In this document: piece after piece, positions 20,256-30,601 of the stretch
Layout: each line of letters opens with the position of its first letter
How positions within the stretch are numbered: position 1 is the stretch's first letter
DNA from: an uncultured Deinococcaceae bacterium
GTDB lineage: Bacteria > Deinococcota > Deinococci > Deinococcales > Deinococcaceae
Assembly: GCA_964252075.1 (NCBI GenBank)
Contig: CAXULY010000002.1
Location: 32,001-96,000 of the forward strand
Direction: 5' to 3'
Length of the DNA: 64,000 nt
Program-made: the position numbers and the translations under genes
The notes under the pieces: generated by a model
Told to the model about the DNA's origin: nothing
The model's input: only the letters and a program-made list of their open reading frames with translations
Databases searched by the model: none

Positions 20256-20912
20256 TCAACGCCCTGAGCTGGGCGGCTGAGGGCCCAAGCCCTGCAGCTC
20301 CGCGTGGAGCGCCGTGCGCCGCTCGTCGCCCGCAGGCAGGTCCGCCAGCAACGCTTCCAGCGCGACGCGCGCCCCCTCATGATCCCCGAGCTGCCCCTGC
20401 GTCACCGCGCGCCGCCAGCGCAGCCGCAGGCGCTCCTCGGGCGCTCCCCCAACATCCAGGAGGCGCAGAACGTGATCGAGCGCCCGCAGGTGCTCCTCCC
20501 GAAAATCTGTGAGGTCATCCGGTGGCATGGACGTGATGTGCGCGAACTCACTGCCCGGGTCCGCATGCGCACGCTCCGCGCCCTCCATCAGCTCCAGCAG
20601 CTCCATCCACACGGCGAGCCGGCGGGGCTGCCGGTCCGCGCGGCGCCGCACCGACTCGAACACCAGGCGCAGCGCGGACTGGCGCTGCGAGAGGGGCAGG
20701 TCCGGGCGCTCACGCACGACGCGCCAGCCCAGCGCCGTGATGGCTTCCAGCGTCCGCAGGTGCCCAGGGTGCCCGGAGAGGAACGCCTGGTGCGCCTCCA
20801 GCGCCTGCGGGATGAGTGCGGGCGGGCAGTGCGACGGATCGGGCAGTCCGAGCGACTGGGCGTCCGGGGTTTCGCGGCGCGACCTCACCGGCCCAGCATA
20901 CGGGCATCGCAT
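20256..20912 (-). CDS. Hypothetical helical protein with TPR-like C-terminus
   Basis: Coding-like frame; GQLGDHEGARVALEALL; start uncertain. Confidence 0.45.
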   Translation of the reverse strand: MRCPYAGPVRSRRETPDAQSLGLPDPSHCPPALIPQALEAHQAFLSGHPGHLRTLEAITALGWRVVRERPDLPLSQRQSALRLVFESVRRRADRQPRRLAVWMELLELMEGAERAHADPGSEFAHITSMPPDDLTDFREEHLRALDHVLRLLDVGGAPEERLRLRWRRAVTQGQLGDHEGARVALEALLADLPAGDERRTALHAELQGLGPQPPSSGR

Positions 20913-21079
20913 GAAGCTGGTCCGTGCATACCTGACACCGCCGGGAACGCCCGTCGCCCCGTCCGTCCCCGCATGACGTGGTGTTGAATGCCCTGGAGCG
21001 GTGATCACGACCGAAGACCGGGCGCGACTTGCGGGCGGCGCATCCACCCGGTTCAGCCGCGCCGTGAAAGAGCAGTGCG

Positions 21080-21370
21080 GGCGGCACGGAGTATCCCAGG
21101 ATGAACCCTTGCAGCTCAACGCAGCCACACCGGTTGGGGACCTCTGCCAATCACAGGTCTCCATATCCACGGCCACCCACAGGTTCGGCGTGTGCGACAG
21201 CGGCACGATGGCCCGCACCAGCGCCGCGGAGCGCGTCCGTCGAAGCGTCCAGGTCGAAGTCCAGCAGGAAGGACCAGTCCACCTTCAGCGCATCAGTTGG
21301 GTAGCGCTTGAGGTACGCGAGGGTTGAGTGCCCAGTGCCGAAACCATCCAGCGTCCTGAAGCGCCCATGC
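21080..21370 (-). pseudogene. Decayed EAL (c-di-GMP phosphodiesterase) fragment
   Basis: LDGFGTGHSTLAYLKRYPTDALKVDWSF, then frameshifted RAIVPLSHTPNLWVAVDMET; no N-terminus. Confidence 0.8.
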
Positions 21371-21491
21371 ATCTTGCCCGGCCCGCCGCACTTGCGACGG
21401 GCCTCGCTCACGTCACGCGGGGCGGCACCGCGTCCGGTCGTGGCCGCGCTGAACGCCACCCCATCTGGCGTTCAGCGTGCGGCCTCGTCGG

Positions 21492-21938
21492 TCAGGACGT
21501 CGCCTGGATGCACACGGCGGGGTCCGCCTCGTCCTGCTTCACGATGATGACGTTCATGTTGCGCCAGTACCGGCCCGAGGCACCCCAGCTCTTGGTCATG
21601 AACAGGTTCTTGTCCTTGGTGGTGCGGGACGACCACGCCTTCGTGTTGGTCCGCGTGCCGAACGTGAGCTGCACGGCGGAGTCGAGCTTCAGGCTGAGCG
21701 CCTTGGGGTCCCCTCCGGCGACCACGAAGCCACCCCGGTAGTACTGTCGGGTCTTGCCGAGCTTCTGCTGCGCGAACCACACCTCGCAGGCCGCCGGGAC
21801 TTCAGGCGCGCTGTAGTCGTAAGGCACCTCGATGGCTTTCGCGAGGGACGCGGGGTTCGTCCGCGTGGCTGGCGCGAGGGAGTTGGGTGCGCAGCTGACG
21901 ATCAGCATGGGGGCCACCAGGAGCGGCATGACCTTCAT
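21492..21938 (-). CDS. Hypothetical lipoprotein
   Basis: MKVMPLLVAPMLIVSC lipobox; codon pattern looks coding. Confidence 0.6.
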   Translation of the reverse strand: MKVMPLLVAPMLIVSCAPNSLAPATRTNPASLAKAIEVPYDYSAPEVPAACEVWFAQQKLGKTRQYYRGGFVVAGGDPKALSLKLDSAVQLTFGTRTNTKAWSSRTTKDKNLFMTKSWGASGRYWRNMNVIIVKQDEADPAVCIQATS

Positions 21939-22495
21939 GATTTGTCCGGGCATGGCCCATGTTCGCCGATCAGGCGTAAACACTTCGCAAAACCAAGATG
22001 AGGTTGGGACTCAAGTTGAGCAAAGGGGGGTTCATCGCGCTCGAAATGGCGGGACTGCGGTGGTCTGACTTCGCTCCGCTCTTCCAGTTTGCCCACATTT
22101 GGTGAATGTAACTCCACGGTTTGAGGAGATGGCCAGGTCGGCGCAGCGTCCATGCGGTACCAAGCCATAGGGAGGCTGACGGCGGTGCTCAGCGCATTGA
22201 AAGGCACCCTGGCAGAACCCTTCAGGCGTGTGAAGCGCAGCAGCCTACTCCCCTGCAGATTGAACAGCGAATTGTCGGGGCCTCGAGCTGCACACACTGG
22301 GCGGAACGAGCACCCCAACGCGTGGAGCCAGCTCCGCCCCAGGGACAGTGTTGCCGCTCATGCTTAAGGCCTGGCGGCGCACACGTGCGGCGCGCCAAGA
22401 CCCAACCGCCCTTCACGTGTTTCTGATCGGGGTGCGGGCGTCTGGTGTCAGCATCGGGGCACCAGCACGCCCAAGTTCGAGAAGGGAGCCCCGTC

Positions 22496-22678
22496 ATGAC
22501 GGATCACGAGAAGTTCACGCAGGAGTCCCCCGACACCGCCCGCTCTCACCCCGTCGAGGACAACAAGGCGCAGACCAGTCAGGAGCCGTCCGCGGGCACA
22601 GAGCGGCACGAGAGCAACGACAAGGCCTCTGGCACGCACGGGCGGCCCTCCGACGATTCCGACCCAGGCCACAGCTGA
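22496..22678 (+). CDS. Small acidic hydrophilic protein
   Basis: GGGAG RBS; D/E/S/H-rich, no hydrophobic core. Confidence 0.6.
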   Translation: MTDHEKFTQESPDTARSHPVEDNKAQTSQEPSAGTERHESNDKASGTHGRPSDDSDPGHS

Positions 22679-22695
22679 ACCGCGCAAGGAGATGC

Positions 22696-22911
22696 ATGAC
22701 GGATCGCGACACGGACCAGACACCCAGGGAGTACAACACCGCGCTGGACGGACCGAACGGCTCGGACCCCGTGCCGATGGGCAGCAACATCGCGCGGGAT
22801 GACAGCGCCGACGCTGCAGACGCCGGCGAGGACACGGGCGCGACCGGGACGGCAGACCGGGATGACCTGCCCGCCGACGATGAATACATGCCGGATGACG
22901 GCTTGAGCTGA
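22696..22911 (+). CDS. Small Asp-rich hydrophilic protein
   Basis: AAGGAG RBS; followed by a hairpin. Confidence 0.65.
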   Translation: MTDRDTDQTPREYNTALDGPNGSDPVPMGSNIARDDSADAADAGEDTGATGTADRDDLPADDEYMPDDGLS

Positions 22912-22927
22912 AGGAACGCTGGACGCC

Positions 22928-22960
22928 GCGCCACCCCAGGCAACGAGGCTGGGGTGGCGC
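22928..22960 (+). terminator. Hairpin terminator
   Basis: GCGCCACCCCAG...CTGGGGTGGCGC then TGTCTT. Confidence 0.55.
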
Positions 22961-23042
22961 TGTCTTGGGCGCATCCACGCACGGCAGCATCGGCATGGTG
23001 GCGCATTCGCCGCGCGCCCCGCGTGCGCTACGCTGCGACGCG

Positions 23043-24794
23043 ATGACCTCGATGGCCATGAGGCCGCTGCTGCGGCGCTTCTTCACATATTACACCCCGC
23101 ACCGCACGCTGTTCGCGCTGGACTTCGGGTGCGCGGTGCTGTCGGGCGTGCTGGAACTGGGGTTTCCGCTCGCGGTGCAGGCCTTCGTGGACCGCCTGCT
23201 GCCCACCGGACAGTGGGGCGCCATCACGGTCGCGGCGGCGGGCCTCCTCGGCATTTACGTGCTGAACACGGGCCTCATGGCGGTCGTGACGTACTGGGGT
23301 CACATGCTGGGCATCAACATCGAGACGGAGATGCGCCGCCGCGCCTTCGATCACCTGCAGAAGCTGTCCTTCAGTTACTTCGACAACGTGAAGACCGGTC
23401 AGCTGGTGGGGCGCCTCACGAAGGACCTGGAGGAGATCGGGGAGGTCGCGCACCACGGCCCAGAAGACCTCGTGATCGCGGTGATGACGCTGCTGGGCGC
23501 CTTCATCCTGATGTTCAGCGTGCACGCGCCGCTCGCGCTCATCACGGCGGTGATCGTGCCGGTCGTGCTGTGGCTGACGGGCCGCTACGGGAACCGCATG
23601 ACGCAGAACTGGCGGGCGCTGTACGACTCCGTCGGGAACTTCAACGTGCGCATCGAGGAGAACGTGGGCGGCATGCGGGTCGTGCAGGCCTTCGCGAACG
23701 AGGACCACGAGCGCACGCTGTTCGCGCGGGACAACCACCAGTACCGCGCGCGCAAGCTGGAGGCGTACCGCATCATCGCGGCGACCACGTCGCTGAGTTA
23801 CCTCAGCATGCGCCTCACGCAGATGACCGTAATGATCGCGGGCGCGTACTTCGTGCTGCACGGGGGCCTCACGGCGGGCGGCTTCGTGGGATTCCTGCTG
23901 CTCGTGAACGTGTTCTTCCGGCCCATCGAGAAGATCAACTCGGTGATCGAGACGTACCCGAAGGGCATCGCGGGCTTCCGGCGGTACACGGAGTTGCTGG
24001 ACACCGTGCCGGACATCCAGGACCGTCCGGGCGCGCGGGTGGCGCCGCCGCTGCACGGCGAGATCCGGTACGAGGCCGTGACCTTCGGGTACGGGCGCGC
24101 GTCCCGCGTGCTGAGCGGCATCGACCTGACCGTGCACGCGGGCGAGACGGTGGCGTTCGTGGGGCCGTCGGGGGCGGGCAAGACGACCTTGTGTTCGCTG
24201 CTGCCGCGCTTCTACGAGGTGACGGGCGGGCGCATTACGGTGGACGGTCAGGACGTGCGGGACCTCACGCTGGCGTCCCTGCGCGGGCAGATCGGGGTGG
24301 TGCAGCAGGACGTGTTCCTGTTCGGCGGGACCATGCGGGAGAACATCGAGTACGGGCGCCTGGGGGCGAGTGAGGCGGACATCGTGGAGGCCGCGCGGCG
24401 CGCGCACCTGGATGACGTGATTGCGGCGCTCCCGCAGGGCATGGACACGGTGATCGGGGAGCGCGGCGTGAAGCTGTCGGGCGGGCAGAAGCAGCGCCTC
24501 GCGATCGCGCGCATGTTCCTCAAGAACCCGCCCATCCTGATTCTGGATGAGGCGACGTCCGCGCTGGACACCGCGACGGAGCGCGCCATCCAGGCGTCCC
24601 TGAATGAACTCGCTCAGGGTCGGACGACGCTGGTGATTGCGCACCGCCTCGCGACGATTCAGGGCGCGGACCGCATCGTGGTGGTGGATGAGCGCGGCAT
24701 CGCGGAGCAGGGCACGCATGCGGCCCTGTTGCGGCTGGGGGGACGGTACCGGGCGCTGCATGACGCGCAGGTGCGGGCCCAAGACGTGCATTGA
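23043..24794 (+). CDS. ABC exporter, fused permease/ATPase
   Basis: TMD with EVAHHGPED; GPSGAGKT, LSGGQ, ILDEATS, IAHR. Confidence 0.93.
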   Translation: MTSMAMRPLLRRFFTYYTPHRTLFALDFGCAVLSGVLELGFPLAVQAFVDRLLPTGQWGAITVAAAGLLGIYVLNTGLMAVVTYWGHMLGINIETEMRRRAFDHLQKLSFSYFDNVKTGQLVGRLTKDLEEIGEVAHHGPEDLVIAVMTLLGAFILMFSVHAPLALITAVIVPVVLWLTGRYGNRMTQNWRALYDSVGNFNVRIEENVGGMRVVQAFANEDHERTLFARDNHQYRARKLEAYRIIAATTSLSYLSMRLTQMTVMIAGAYFVLHGGLTAGGFVGFLLLVNVFFRPIEKINSVIETYPKGIAGFRRYTELLDTVPDIQDRPGARVAPPLHGEIRYEAVTFGYGRASRVLSGIDLTVHAGETVAFVGPSGAGKTTLCSLLPRFYEVTGGRITVDGQDVRDLTLASLRGQIGVVQQDVFLFGGTMRENIEYGRLGASEADIVEAARRAHLDDVIAALPQGMDTVIGERGVKLSGGQKQRLAIARMFLKNPPILILDEATSALDTATERAIQASLNELAQGRTTLVIAHRLATIQGADRIVVVDERGIAEQGTHAALLRLGGRYRALHDAQVRAQDVH

Positions 24795-24826
24795 GGCCTG
24801 TGAAGGTGCGGGCTTGCACCTGGCGA

Positions 24827-24848
24827 TGAGTGAGTGTATAGTCACTCA
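24827..24848. promoter_or_regulatory. TetR operator TGAGTGA-N8-TCACTCA overlapping a -10 box (TATAGT)
   Basis: Perfect arms just before the tetR-family ATG; near copy at 25454-25474. Confidence 0.7.
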
Positions 24849-24849
24849 C

Positions 24850-25410
24850 ATGGCCGATGCCTCCCCTATCCTCTCGACCGCCGAAGCCCGCCGTGAAACG
24901 GTGCTGCAGAGCGCCATCCTGGTGTTCGCACGGTCCGGGTACCTCGGCACGCCCATCACCGCCGTCGCCGAGCACGCGCGCATCTCGCCCGCCTATGTGT
25001 TCAAGTTGTTTCCCAGCAAGGAGGAACTGTTCGTCGCGACCCTCGAACGCTGCTTCAATCTCATTCAGGCGGCCCTCGCGCGCGGCGCGGACGCCAGCCC
25101 CAACCCGTCCCCCGACGGGGTGCTGTACGCCCTGGGCGGCGCCTACGCCGCGCTCATCGCGGACCGTTCCCTGCTGATGCTGCAGGTGCACGCGCAGTCC
25201 GCCTCCGCGGTCCCGGAGATCGGCGCGGCCCTCAGGAAGGGCCTGGCCCTCATCACGACCTTCGCGAAGGCACGCTCCGGCGCGACGGATGAGGCCGTCC
25301 AGCGCTTTATTGCGTACGGGCAGCTGTGTCACCTCATCGTCACCACGTCCATCGAGCAGGACGACAGCGCCTGGGCGCGCCTGCTGACGTCCGGCATCCG
25401 ACACCCTTGA
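24850..25410 (+). CDS. TetR/AcrR-family regulator
   Basis: FARSGY.GTPITAVAEHARISPAYVFKLFPSKEELF. Confidence 0.92.
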   Translation: MADASPILSTAEARRETVLQSAILVFARSGYLGTPITAVAEHARISPAYVFKLFPSKEELFVATLERCFNLIQAALARGADASPNPSPDGVLYALGGAYAALIADRSLLMLQVHAQSASAVPEIGAALRKGLALITTFAKARSGATDEAVQRFIAYGQLCHLIVTTSIEQDDSAWARLLTSGIRHP

Positions 25411-25453
25411 ACCCAGTCCCCGGCCCTCAAAGGGGCGCACACAGCCTTACTGA

Positions 25454-25474
25454 TGAGTGACTGAACACTCACCA
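25454..25474. promoter_or_regulatory. Second TetR operator copy
   Basis: TGAGTGA-N8-TCACCA upstream of the MDR gene. Confidence 0.6.
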
Positions 25475-25496
25475 GACGGAACAAAGGAGCATCACC

Positions 25497-26525
25497 ATGA
25501 CCACCCTCACCACCGAAATCGTTCTCCCCGGCATCACCGAGCCCAGCGGCCTGCGCATCCGTCAACGAACCCTCCCCGCCCCCACCACGGGGCAGGCCCT
25601 CGTGCAGATGGACGCCAGCGGCGTCTCCTTCGCGGAGCAATCCATGCGGCGCGGACGCTACCCCGGGCAGCCCCGCTTTCCCTTCGTGCCCGGCTACGAC
25701 ATGGTGGGCACCGTGCGCGCCGTCGGGCCCGGCGTGCGCCCGGACCTCATCGGCACGCGCGTCGCTGCCGCCCTCAAGACGGGCGGATGGGCCACACACC
25801 TGCTCGTCCCCGCCCGGACGCTCGTGCCCGTGCCGCCCACCCTCGACCCCACCCTGGTGGAGGCCGTCATCGTGAACGGCATCACCGCCTGGCAGATGCT
25901 GCACCGCCACGCCCGCGTGCAGGCCGGGCAGACGGTCCTCGTGCACGGCGCGAACGGCGGCGTCGGCACCATCCTCGTGCAACTCGCGCGGCACGCCGGT
26001 GCCCGCGTGATCGGCACCGCCGCACCCCAGCACCACACGACCCTCCGGGCCCTGGGCGTGGAACCCGTGAATTCCCGCGACCCGAAGCTCAGCGAGCGCG
26101 TGCGCACCCTCGCGCCGGACGGCGTGCACGCCGCCTTCGACCACCTCGGGCTCACCAGCGCGCGCGCCTCACACCGCCTCCTCGCGCGCGGCGGTCGCCT
26201 CATCGCATACGGCACGGCCTCCAACCTCAAGGACCAGCGCTCCGTGCTGGGCGTGTTCGCTGGGATGCTCGCGCAGCTGGCCGTCTGGAACCTTCAGCCG
26301 GACGGGCGGCGCGCGAGCTTCTACGACTTCTGGGGTGACCGCTGGCTGCGCCCCGCGGCCTTTCAGCGGCGCTTGAGCGGCGACCTCACGCAGGTGCTGG
26401 AGCTGCTGGCGCGCGGCGTGATCGTTCCGCAGGTGGCTGCCCGCATGCCGCTGACCGAAGCGGGCGCGGCGCTGGCCCTCGCGGAGTCCCGCACGGTCCT
26501 CGGGAAGGTCGTGCTGATTCCCTAA
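25497..26525 (+). CDS. Medium-chain dehydrogenase/reductase (quinone reductase-like)
   Basis: PFVPGYD.VG, VLVHGANGGVG, GKVVL. Confidence 0.9.
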   Translation: MTTLTTEIVLPGITEPSGLRIRQRTLPAPTTGQALVQMDASGVSFAEQSMRRGRYPGQPRFPFVPGYDMVGTVRAVGPGVRPDLIGTRVAAALKTGGWATHLLVPARTLVPVPPTLDPTLVEAVIVNGITAWQMLHRHARVQAGQTVLVHGANGGVGTILVQLARHAGARVIGTAAPQHHTTLRALGVEPVNSRDPKLSERVRTLAPDGVHAAFDHLGLTSARASHRLLARGGRLIAYGTASNLKDQRSVLGVFAGMLAQLAVWNLQPDGRRASFYDFWGDRWLRPAAFQRRLSGDLTQVLELLARGVIVPQVAARMPLTEAGAALALAESRTVLGKVVLIP

Positions 26526-26825
26526 AGGCAGGGGCCATTCAGCGCATCACTTTATCCGGCCCACCGCACGCCTGCAGGAACGGAGCCTGATGCCTGAGCC
26601 AGTTGCGCGCCTGCCCGACTCCAACTGGACGTTCGCCGCCGCGCTCCAGGTGGATGGGCACGGTCTGGCCACAGCTCACGTGGGAGCGGGTGGCGGGCAG
26701 CTGACAGCCGGTTTTGACCGGTGCGCAGGTCCATCTCCTGAACGTGGCCGCGCGGTGCTTCGGGCGCTGCTCACCATCGATGCTGCCGCCCGACCTGCGT
26801 CTGCCCTGGCACGCTTCATGCGGAT

Positions 26826-27758
26826 TCAATGTCGTCTGGGGATCAGATGCATGACGCCCACGATGATCAGGCCGAGCAGCAGCCCCACGATGCCGGACCC
26901 CAGCGTCTCGACGAGCCACTCCACCACCGCGCCCGCGAACGCGATGGCGTGCCCCGCCGCTTCCGCCGCGACGTGAAGCGCGTGCGCGGGCCCCTCCACC
27001 CCGAACTTCGCGAGTCCATCCAGAATGATGTGGCCGCCCACCCACAGCATCGCCGCCGTCCCCACCACCGACAGGACGGACAGCACGATCGGCATGGCGC
27101 GCACGAGGCCCCGCCCGAAGGCGCGCGACGCGCCCGCCCCGCCCCGGGAGAGCCGCAGCCCGATGTCGTCCATCTTCACGATCAGCCCCACCACGCCGTA
27201 CACGAGGAGCGTGATGAGGACGGCGACCACCACGAGGATCACGGCGCGGGACAGCAGCGGCTGGTCCGACACCTCCGCGAGGGAGATCGCCATGATCTCC
27301 GCGGACAGAATGAAGTCCGTGCGGATCGCGCCCGACACCATCTGCTCCTCGCGCGCGGCGGGCGGCTGCGAGGCGTCCGCCGCGCCCGCCGCCTCGTGGT
27401 GCCCCGTGATCGCCTCGTACACCTTCTCGGCGCCCTCGTAACTCAGGTACGCGCCCCCCAGCATCAGGATGGGCGTGATGGCCCACGGCAGGTAAGCGCT
27501 CAGCAGCAGCGCGGCGGGCAGGATGAACACCAGCTTGTTGCGCAGCGACCCTTTCGTGATGCGCCAGATCATCGGGAGTTCCCGGTCGGGCGAGAAGCCC
27601 GTCACGTACCGGGGCGTGACGGCCGTGTCGTCCACCACCACGCCCACCGCCTTGAGGCTCGCGCGGCTCGCGGCGGCGCCGATGTCGTCAATGGAGGCCG
27701 CCGCGAGTTTCGCGATGGCCGCCACATCATCGAGGAGCGCCACGAGGCCGCCACTCAT
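26826..27758 (-). CDS. DUF808 (YedI-like) membrane protein
   Basis: GLVALLDDVA, GVVVDD, GAIRTDFILSAEI, GTAAMLWVGG. Confidence 0.9.
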   Translation of the reverse strand: MSGGLVALLDDVAAIAKLAAASIDDIGAAASRASLKAVGVVVDDTAVTPRYVTGFSPDRELPMIWRITKGSLRNKLVFILPAALLLSAYLPWAITPILMLGGAYLSYEGAEKVYEAITGHHEAAGAADASQPPAAREEQMVSGAIRTDFILSAEIMAISLAEVSDQPLLSRAVILVVVAVLITLLVYGVVGLIVKMDDIGLRLSRGGAGASRAFGRGLVRAMPIVLSVLSVVGTAAMLWVGGHIILDGLAKFGVEGPAHALHVAAEAAGHAIAFAGAVVEWLVETLGSGIVGLLLGLIIVGVMHLIPRRH

Positions 27759-27999
27759 GGCGCGCGCCCCCGCTGGACTTCGGGCGGTTCAGAACGGGCG
27801 TGGGAAGTGCGTCGCGCGGAGGTCATCAATGGACAGCGTACCAACGCGCGTGCGCACCCGTATCTGGCGCGCGTGAGCCACCGCCCGCTTCACCGGGCGG
27901 GTGGGCGCCGCCTGGATGCGCGCAGGGCGCATGCTGCGCGTTTCAGGCCGACCAGCCGGGGCGCCCTCCGCCCGATCACCCCGAAGCCTGCCCCATGGA

Positions 28000-28453
28000 T
28001 CAAGCCAGGGTGAGCGCCACCTGCTCCAGCAGGTCCAGGGCGTCCAGCATGCCGGACTGAAGGCGCGCGTCACGTGTGGCCCGGCTGCGGTGCTGCACGA
28101 GGATCCTGAGCGTCGTGCGCCCGCCGCGCTCCGTGAAGGCCAGGGTGTTCAGCGCTTCCTCGTCTGGCATCGCCTCGTACACCTCGGTGGAGACCAGCCG
28201 TGCGCCTGGCACGACCTCCCGGTACTCCCCGTGGAAGGCCATCTCGCCGTGTCCGTGCACCTGCGTGGCGTACCGCCACGCGCCGCCCGCGCGGAGGTCG
28301 ATGTCGACAGTGGTGACGTCACCACACCGCGCGCCCCACCAGCGCTTCACGAGGGCCGGTTCAGTCTAGGTGAGGGGCGCTGAATTCACGCATCATCAGG
28401 ATCTGCTCGGGGGTCGGGAGCGTCACGGTCGCGTGCGTCGTGTATGCCGTCAT
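28000..28453 (-). pseudogene. SRPBCC/AHSA1-family gene broken by a frameshifting deletion
   Basis: MTAY..TLPTPEQILMMREFSAPHLD* in one frame; TEPALVKRWWG...DLRAGGAWRY continues in another. Confidence 0.8.
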
Positions 28454-28791
28454 GGGGAACCTCCTCGCGCTGGCAGGCCCCCGAGGGCACCCGAGCCTGC
28501 CCTCGGTTTCTTTCAAACCTTCACGCGCATACCCCGGAGTGCGAACCCGGGACGCGGTGGGTCAAGGCGGTCATATGCCGCCGGGCAGGCATGCCTCTGC
28601 GGAGCATCAAGGTGCGCCTGCGCGCCCCGAACTCCGCCGCGCTGATTAACGGGCGGGGCCCTCAAGAGCGCCTCTACTAAGGACCCCGTTGGGCACCGCA
28701 CTCCGCTAGGCTGGTCCGCGCTGTGTTTCATGGCCTCATTCGCTCGCGTGGATCGCCTTCTTGGCTGCCGTGCGTGTAGGGCGGCAGAGTC

Positions 28792-29106
28792 TCAGGAGCC
28801 GTTGGCTTGCAGGTGCTCGTCGATCCACACGCCGCCGTTCAGGAACTGCACGATGCGGTCCAGCAGGTCCGCTTCGCGCGCGCCGATCACGCCGTCCTCC
28901 TCCGCGCGCAGCAGGGCGGTGTTGTACACCTCCGCGCGCAGCGTGCGGATGTCGCTGGGCGTGAGGTCCAGGGCGTCGCGCGTGTGCTGCAGCAGCTGGA
29001 GTTCCCCGTCCGTCAGCTGCCCGTCGGAAATCAGGCGCAGCAGCATGGCGCGCAGGGCGTCCAGGCGCGCGTGGTCCGCGAGGGTCGGCGTCTTCGGTTC
29101 GTTCAT
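28792..29106 (-). CDS. Small helical protein, TerB-like
   Basis: Two SDGQLTDGE / EDGVIGARE repeats; GGAGG RBS. Confidence 0.6.
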   Translation of the reverse strand: MNEPKTPTLADHARLDALRAMLLRLISDGQLTDGELQLLQHTRDALDLTPSDIRTLRAEVYNTALLRAEEDGVIGAREADLLDRIVQFLNGGVWIDEHLQANGS

Positions 29107-29208
29107 GTGGTCCTCCGGCGGGCGGCCCGCCCCGCCTCATTCTAGGACCCGCGCGCCGCGGTGGGGCGAGGCGCTCCCTGAGGGTTTCCTCCAGTTATTC
29201 CCGGGGCA

Positions 29209-29246
29209 ACGAAGAGCGAGGCCAAGAACGCGGCCTCGCTCTTCGT
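29209..29246 (-). terminator. Hairpin downstream of fasciclin gene
   Basis: ACGAAGAGCGAGGCC...GGCCTCGCTCTTCGT. Confidence 0.6.
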
Positions 29247-29275
29247 CACCTTGACGCCCTCCAGCTGGAGGGTCC

Positions 29276-29767
29276 TTACATGCCGGGCATCAGGACGGTG
29301 TCGATCACGTGCACCACGCCGTTCGTGGCCATCACGTCGGCTTTCGTGACGGTCGCGTCGTTGATCATCACCGTGCCGCCGCTCGCGGAGATCTTCACGT
29401 CGCTGCCCTCCAGGGTGGTGGCGGACGTGAGGTTCACGACCTGCGCGGCCGTCACGTCACCGGACACCACGTGGTACAGCAGCACCTTCTTGAGCTGCTC
29501 CTTGTCGTTCAGCAGGGCGTTCAGCGCGTCCTTCGGGACCTTCGCGAAGGCGGCGTTGGTGGGCGCGAAGACCGTGAAGGGGCCCGCGCCCGCCAGCGTC
29601 TGGTCGAGCCCGGCGGCCTTGAGGGCGGTGAGCAGCGTGCTGAACTGCGGGTCGGCGCTCACGAGTCCCGCGATGGTGGTGTACCCACCGGCGGCGCCAC
29701 CGCCGCCCGCGGAGGCGGTGCCGAGGGCGAGGGCGAGCAGGGGCAGCAGGGCAGCGGTTTTCTTCAT
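29276..29767 (-). CDS. Fasciclin-domain protein
   Basis: FTVFAPTNAAF, LLYHVV, NGVVHVIDTVL. Confidence 0.95.
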   Translation of the reverse strand: MKKTAALLPLLALALGTASAGGGGAAGGYTTIAGLVSADPQFSTLLTALKAAGLDQTLAGAGPFTVFAPTNAAFAKVPKDALNALLNDKEQLKKVLLYHVVSGDVTAAQVVNLTSATTLEGSDVKISASGGTVMINDATVTKADVMATNGVVHVIDTVLMPGM

Positions 29768-30019
29768 GGGTGCTCCTTACGGCCGCCGGAATGGCACGGC
29801 GCCCGTCTGATCTCATTGGTACGCGACGGGCCTCCCCGCGAACCGTGGGATTCGCCGAGATGTTTCGGGCCTTTGTAAGCGCCCCGGCATTGCGTGCGCG
29901 GAGTCTGTAGCGGCCGCTCACATCTGCCCGGTCCGCCGTCCTGCGCCTGCCGGCCGCCCGCCTTGGGGCGCACCACTTACCGCTTGCGGGCGGCCGGGCC
30001 TTCGGGCAGCATGGCGGGC

Positions 30020-30601
30020 ATGACGTTGCCGCAGCCGAGCATCGTGCTCATCACGGGCGTGATGGCCGCCGGGAAGAGCACGGTGGCGCAGGGCCTCGCG
30101 GAGTCGCTGCCCCGCAGCGTGCACCTGCGCGGGGATGTGTTCCGACGGATGATCGTGCGAGGCCGCGCGGACATCACGCCGGACCTGGCGCCCGACGCGC
30201 GCACCCAGCTGGACTTGCGGTACGGGCTCGCCGTGAGTGCCGCGCGTCAGTACGTGCAGGCGGGGTTCACGGTGGTGTACCAGGACGTCCTGCTGGAGGA
30301 GGACCTCACGCGCGCCGTGCGGGGGTTCTCGGATCTGCCGCTGTACGTGGTGGTGCTGTGCCCGCCCCCAGCGGTGGTGGCGGCGCGGGAGGCGCAGCGC
30401 GGCAAGCGCGGGTACGGCGGCGGCTGGACCGTGCCGGACCTCGACGCGTCGCTGCGGCGCTCACCGCGCGTGGGGTGGTGGGTGGACACGGGCGCGCTCA
30501 CGCCGCGCGAGACGGTCGAGGCAATCCTGCGGCACCTGCCCGACGCGCGGGTGGAGCGCCCGCCGCTCGGGACGGCGGGCGCTGAGGGCGGTTCGGCCTA
30601 G
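30020..30601 (+). CDS. P-loop kinase/phosphotransferase (AAA_33-like)
   Basis: GVMAAGKST, HLRGDVFRRM. Confidence 0.8.
   Translation: MTLPQPSIVLITGVMAAGKSTVAQGLAESLPRSVHLRGDVFRRMIVRGRADITPDLAPDARTQLDLRYGLAVSAARQYVQAGFTVVYQDVLLEEDLTRAVRGFSDLPLYVVVLCPPPAVVAAREAQRGKRGYGGGWTVPDLDASLRRSPRVGWWVDTGALTPRETVEAILRHLPDARVERPPLGTAGAEGGSA

Noticed and set aside
22152..22367. 71-aa ORF MRYQAIG...
   Set aside because: No recognisable features; coding status unsupported
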